From Myxococcota bacterium (GTDB taxonomy: Bacteria > Myxococcota > UBA4151): a DNA stretch of 20,070 nt. The translations under genes were made by a program, and so were the position numbers. Under the pieces are notes generated by a model. That model saw only the letters and a list, made by a program, of their open reading frames with translations. It did not search any database and had not been told where the DNA came from. Position 1 is the first letter of the stretch. The number at the start of each line of letters is the position of its first letter. The DNA is taken from the NCBI GenBank assembly GCA_040260805.1, contig JBDQPD010000062.1, positions 1 through 20,070 of the forward strand. The letters run 5' to 3'. This document shows positions 17,218 to 20,070 of this stretch, one piece after another.

Positions 17218-20070
17218 ATGGTCGGTTTTTCAGGTAAGTTTCGACTTCTAGCTTTGGTCGCAGTGGTGCTTTCTTTGTCCTGCGGTGAGCAGGTGGTGGT
17301 GCGTGAAACGCCAGCCTTATGCGGTAACGGCGAGCTCGAAGCCCAAGAGCAATGCGATGACGGCAACACGCTCGATGATGACGCCTGCACTGGCTCATGC
17401 CGCGGCGCTTTTTGCGGTGATGGCATCGTGCGCTCGGACTTGGGCGCTGACGATGTTGGGTTTGAAGCCTGTGACGACGGCAACGACGCCAACGAAGATG
17501 CGTGCACCAATTCATGCGTCGCCGCCGTGTGCGGTGATGGTATTTTGCGTCTTGACCTGAGCGAGGGCGACGCCGGTTATGAGGCTTGCGATGACGGCAA
17601 CGAGATCGATAATGATGCGTGCTTACGCGGCTGTCTGGTCGCTCGTTGCGGCGACGGGATCGTCCGTGAAGACTTGGCTCAAGGCGAAGAAGGCTTTGAG
17701 GCCTGCGATGATGGCAACGACGAGGACACCGACTCGTGTCTGACGAATTGCCAACAGGCGCGCTGCGGCGATGGAGTTGTAGGTCCTGGTGAGGGCTGCG
17801 ATGACGGCAACGAGGATCCGACCGATGACTGCAACGCCTGTCAGCCGGCGAGCTGCGGCGACGGCGCCGTGCAAGAGGGCGAGCAATGCGATGACGGCAA
17901 CGCCATCAACACCGATGACTGCCTCAACACCTGCGCATCTGCTGTCTGCGGCGACGGCGTGCTCTGGGACGGCGAAGAGGCTTGCGATGACGGCAACGCC
18001 AACGCTGAAGATGCGTGCACTGCCACTTGCGCCGTCGCCTTTTGCGGTGATGGGATTCATCGGCGTGACTTAGAAGAAGGCGCCGAAGGCTTTGAGGAAT
18101 GCGACGACGCCAACGCAGATGTGGGCGACGGCTGCTCTGATGGGTGTTTGATCGAGCGCTGCGGTAATGGGCGCGTGGATCACGGCGAAGCCTGCGATGA
18201 CGGCAACCCAGCCAACACCGATAACTGCACCAACGCCTGCGAGGCGTCGGCTTGCGGTGACGGCGTGCGTAACTTGCTGGGTGAAGGCTGCGATGACGGC
18301 AACCTTGAGCCTGGCGATGGCTGCGATGATCAGTGTCGCCTTGAGGGCTGCGGTAACGGTCGCCAGGATCCGGGCGAAGCGTGCGATGACGGCAACCGCG
18401 AGGCGGGCGATGGCTGCAACTTAGCGTGTCAGGTTGAGCGCTGCGGTAATGGGCGGGTCGATCGCGGCGAAGCCTGCGATGACGGCAACGCCGAGGTGGG
18501 TGATGGCTGCGATAACGTCTGTCGTTTAGAAAATTGCGGCAACGGGCGCGTTGACGACGGTGAGGTCTGTGATGACGGCAACCGAGTCGACACCGACGCC
18601 TGCACGAGCTCGTGCCGGGTCGCGGCTTGCGGCGACGGGATCCAGAGGCTCGATGTCGAGGCGGGCCAAGAGGGTTTTGAAGCCTGCGATGACGGCAACC
18701 GCGTGGAGGTCGACGCTTGCCGCAACGGCTGCGCGCTCGCCGTCTGCGGCGATAACGTGATTCAAGAGGGTGTTGAGGTCTGTGACGACGGCAACTTAGA
18801 CCCGGGCGATGGCTGCGATGGCGTGTGCCGCACCGAAAGCTGCGGCAACGGCGTCGTGGATCGCGGCGAGGCCTGCGATGACGGCAACGATCAAGCCGGC
18901 GATGGCTGCGACGACGCCTGTCGGCTTGAGAGCTGCGGCAACAACCAGCTCGACCCGGGCGAAGCCTGCGATGACGGCAACGAGGTCGATCACGACGCCT
19001 GCACCAACGGCTGCCAACGAGCGGCCTGCGGCGACGGCATTTTGCGCCGAGGGCTCGCTCAGGGCGACGACGGCTATGAAGCCTGCGACGACGGCAACCG
19101 GGTCCACACCGACGCCTGCCTGAACAGCTGCGCGGACGCCTTATGCGGTGACGGTGTGCTGCGCGAGGGCGTCGAAGCGTGCGATGACGGCAACGCCGAC
19201 GTGGGCGACGGCTGCAACGGCGTGTGCCAAATTGAGCGCTGCGGTAACGGCAGAGTCGATGACGGCGAGGCTTGTGATGACGGCAATGAGAACCTCGGCG
19301 ACGGCTGCGATGCACAGTGTCGCTTAGAGGCTTGCGGCAACGGCCGCGTCGAGCCCGGCGAAGCCTGCGATGACGGCAACGACAATCAGCGTGACGGCTG
19401 CACCAACGGCTGCGTTTTAGCCGCCTGCGGCGACGGGATTCAGCGCTTGGACCTTCAAGCGGGAGAAGCTGGCTTTGAGGCTTGCGATGACGGCAACCAA
19501 ATCAACACCGACTCGTGCCTGAACAGCTGCGCTCTAGCCGCCTGCGGTGACGGAGCGATCCGCGCCGGCGCTGAGGCTTGCGATGACGGCAACCAAACCC
19601 CGGGCGATGGCTGCGACGCGCTGTGCCGGGTGGAAGGGTGCGGTAACGGTCAGGTTGACCGCGGCGAGGGCTGCGATGACGGCAACAACCAAGCCGGTGA
19701 CGGCTGCGACGATCAGTGCCGCTTGGAGAGCTGCGGTAACGGCCGCGTCGATGACGGCGAAGCCTGCGATGACGGCAACCGCAACACCCGCGACGCCTGC
19801 ACCAACGTCTGCCAAGCCGCTGCTTGCGGCGATGGCACGCGCAGGCAAGATCTCGAGGCGGGACAAGCTGGTTTTGAGGCTTGCGACGACGGCAACCGCG
19901 TCGACACTGACGGCTGCTTGAACAGCTGCCTTGAGGCGGTGTGCGGCGACGGCTCGTTGCGCGCCGGCGTGGAAGCCTGCGATGACGGCAACACGCAAGC
20001 CGGCGATGGCTGCAACGGCGTGTGCCAGCTCGAGCGCTGCGGCAACAACCGGGTGGATCAAGGCGAGGGC
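17218..20070 (+). CDS. Second Cys-rich repeat lipoprotein (27 complete repeats plus one partial in the window); continues beyond the right edge
   Basis: Translated by hand. ATG 17218 follows AAAGGTG and the frame is open for 951 codons to the edge: [38 protein letters not shown]..., followed by CG[DN]G..E.CDDGN..D.C..C repeats. Not in the ORF track because it has no stop in the window. Confidence 0.9.
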   Translation, partial: MVGFSGKFRLLALVAVVLSLSCGEQVVVRETPALCGNGELEAQEQCDDGNTLDDDACTGSCRGAFCGDGIVRSDLGADDVGFEACDDGNDANEDACTNSCVAAVCGDGILRLDLSEGDAGYEACDDGNEIDNDACLRGCLVARCGDGIVREDLAQGEEGFEACDDGNDEDTDSCLTNCQQARCGDGVVGPGEGCDDGNEDPTDDCNACQPASCGDGAVQEGEQCDDGNAINTDDCLNTCASAVCGDGVLWDGEEACDDGNANAEDACTATCAVAFCGDGIHRRDLEEGAEGFEECDDANADVGDGCSDGCLIERCGNGRVDHGEACDDGNPANTDNCTNACEASACGDGVRNLLGEGCDDGNLEPGDGCDDQCRLEGCGNGRQDPGEACDDGNREAGDGCNLACQVERCGNGRVDRGEACDDGNAEVGDGCDNVCRLENCGNGRVDDGEVCDDGNRVDTDACTSSCRVAACGDGIQRLDVEAGQEGFEACDDGNRVEVDACRNGCALAVCGDNVIQEGVEVCDDGNLDPGDGCDGVCRTESCGNGVVDRGEACDDGNDQAGDGCDDACRLESCGNNQLDPGEACDDGNEVDHDACTNGCQRAACGDGILRRGLAQGDDGYEACDDGNRVHTDACLNSCADALCGDGVLREGVEACDDGNADVGDGCNGVCQIERCGNGRVDDGEACDDGNENLGDGCDAQCRLEACGNGRVEPGEACDDGNDNQRDGCTNGCVLAACGDGIQRLDLQAGEAGFEACDDGNQINTDSCLNSCALAACGDGAIRAGAEACDDGNQTPGDGCDALCRVEGCGNGQVDRGEGCDDGNNQAGDGCDDQCRLESCGNGRVDDGEACDDGNRNTRDACTNVCQAAACGDGTRRQDLEAGQAGFEACDDGNRVDTDGCLNSCLEAVCGDGSLRAGVEACDDGNTQAGDGCNGVCQLERCGNNRVDQGEG
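18628..20070 (+). repeat. Higher-order 399-bp (133-aa) super-repeat made of four Cys-repeat subtypes (39+32+31+31 aa)
   Basis: Long-type repeats begin at 18628, 19027, 19426 and 19825, exactly 399 bp apart. Confidence 0.9.

Noticed and set aside
13469..20061. Many long alternative-frame and antisense ORFs (e.g. 17924-19315 minus, 463 aa, Arg-rich)
   Set aside because: They are by-products of the repetitive GC-rich Cys/Asp/Gly codons of the two lipoprotein genes, with low complexity and no independent features.

Overview
GC-rich (roughly 60% by eye) bacterial window. The gene content and the myxobacterial-type Cys repeats suggest a Myxococcota/deltaproteobacterial genome; this is an inference. 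On the minus strand, tolR-tolA(TonB-like)-tolB is followed by the type IVa pilus genes pilM-pilN-pilO-pilP-pilQ. pilQ is missing from the ORF track, runs off the left edge, and carries an extremely acidic tandem-repeat linker after its AMIN domains. On the plus strand are a short Ppx/GppA phosphatase, a 1024-aa methylmalonyl-CoA mutase that appears to be a truncated small (beta) subunit fused to a full catalytic (alpha) subunit, and meaB. A convergent RetSat/phytoene-desaturase-like FAD oxidoreductase follows. The right third holds two paralogous Cys-rich repeat lipoproteins (DUF4215/Myxococcus cysteine-rich-repeat type); the second is missing from the ORF track and runs off the right edge. 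Between them is a 3-TM membrane protein ending in a type IV pilin-like domain with a degenerate prepilin cleavage site. I found no RNA genes, CRISPR arrays or mobile elements. All family assignments come from motif recognition by eye, not from database searches.
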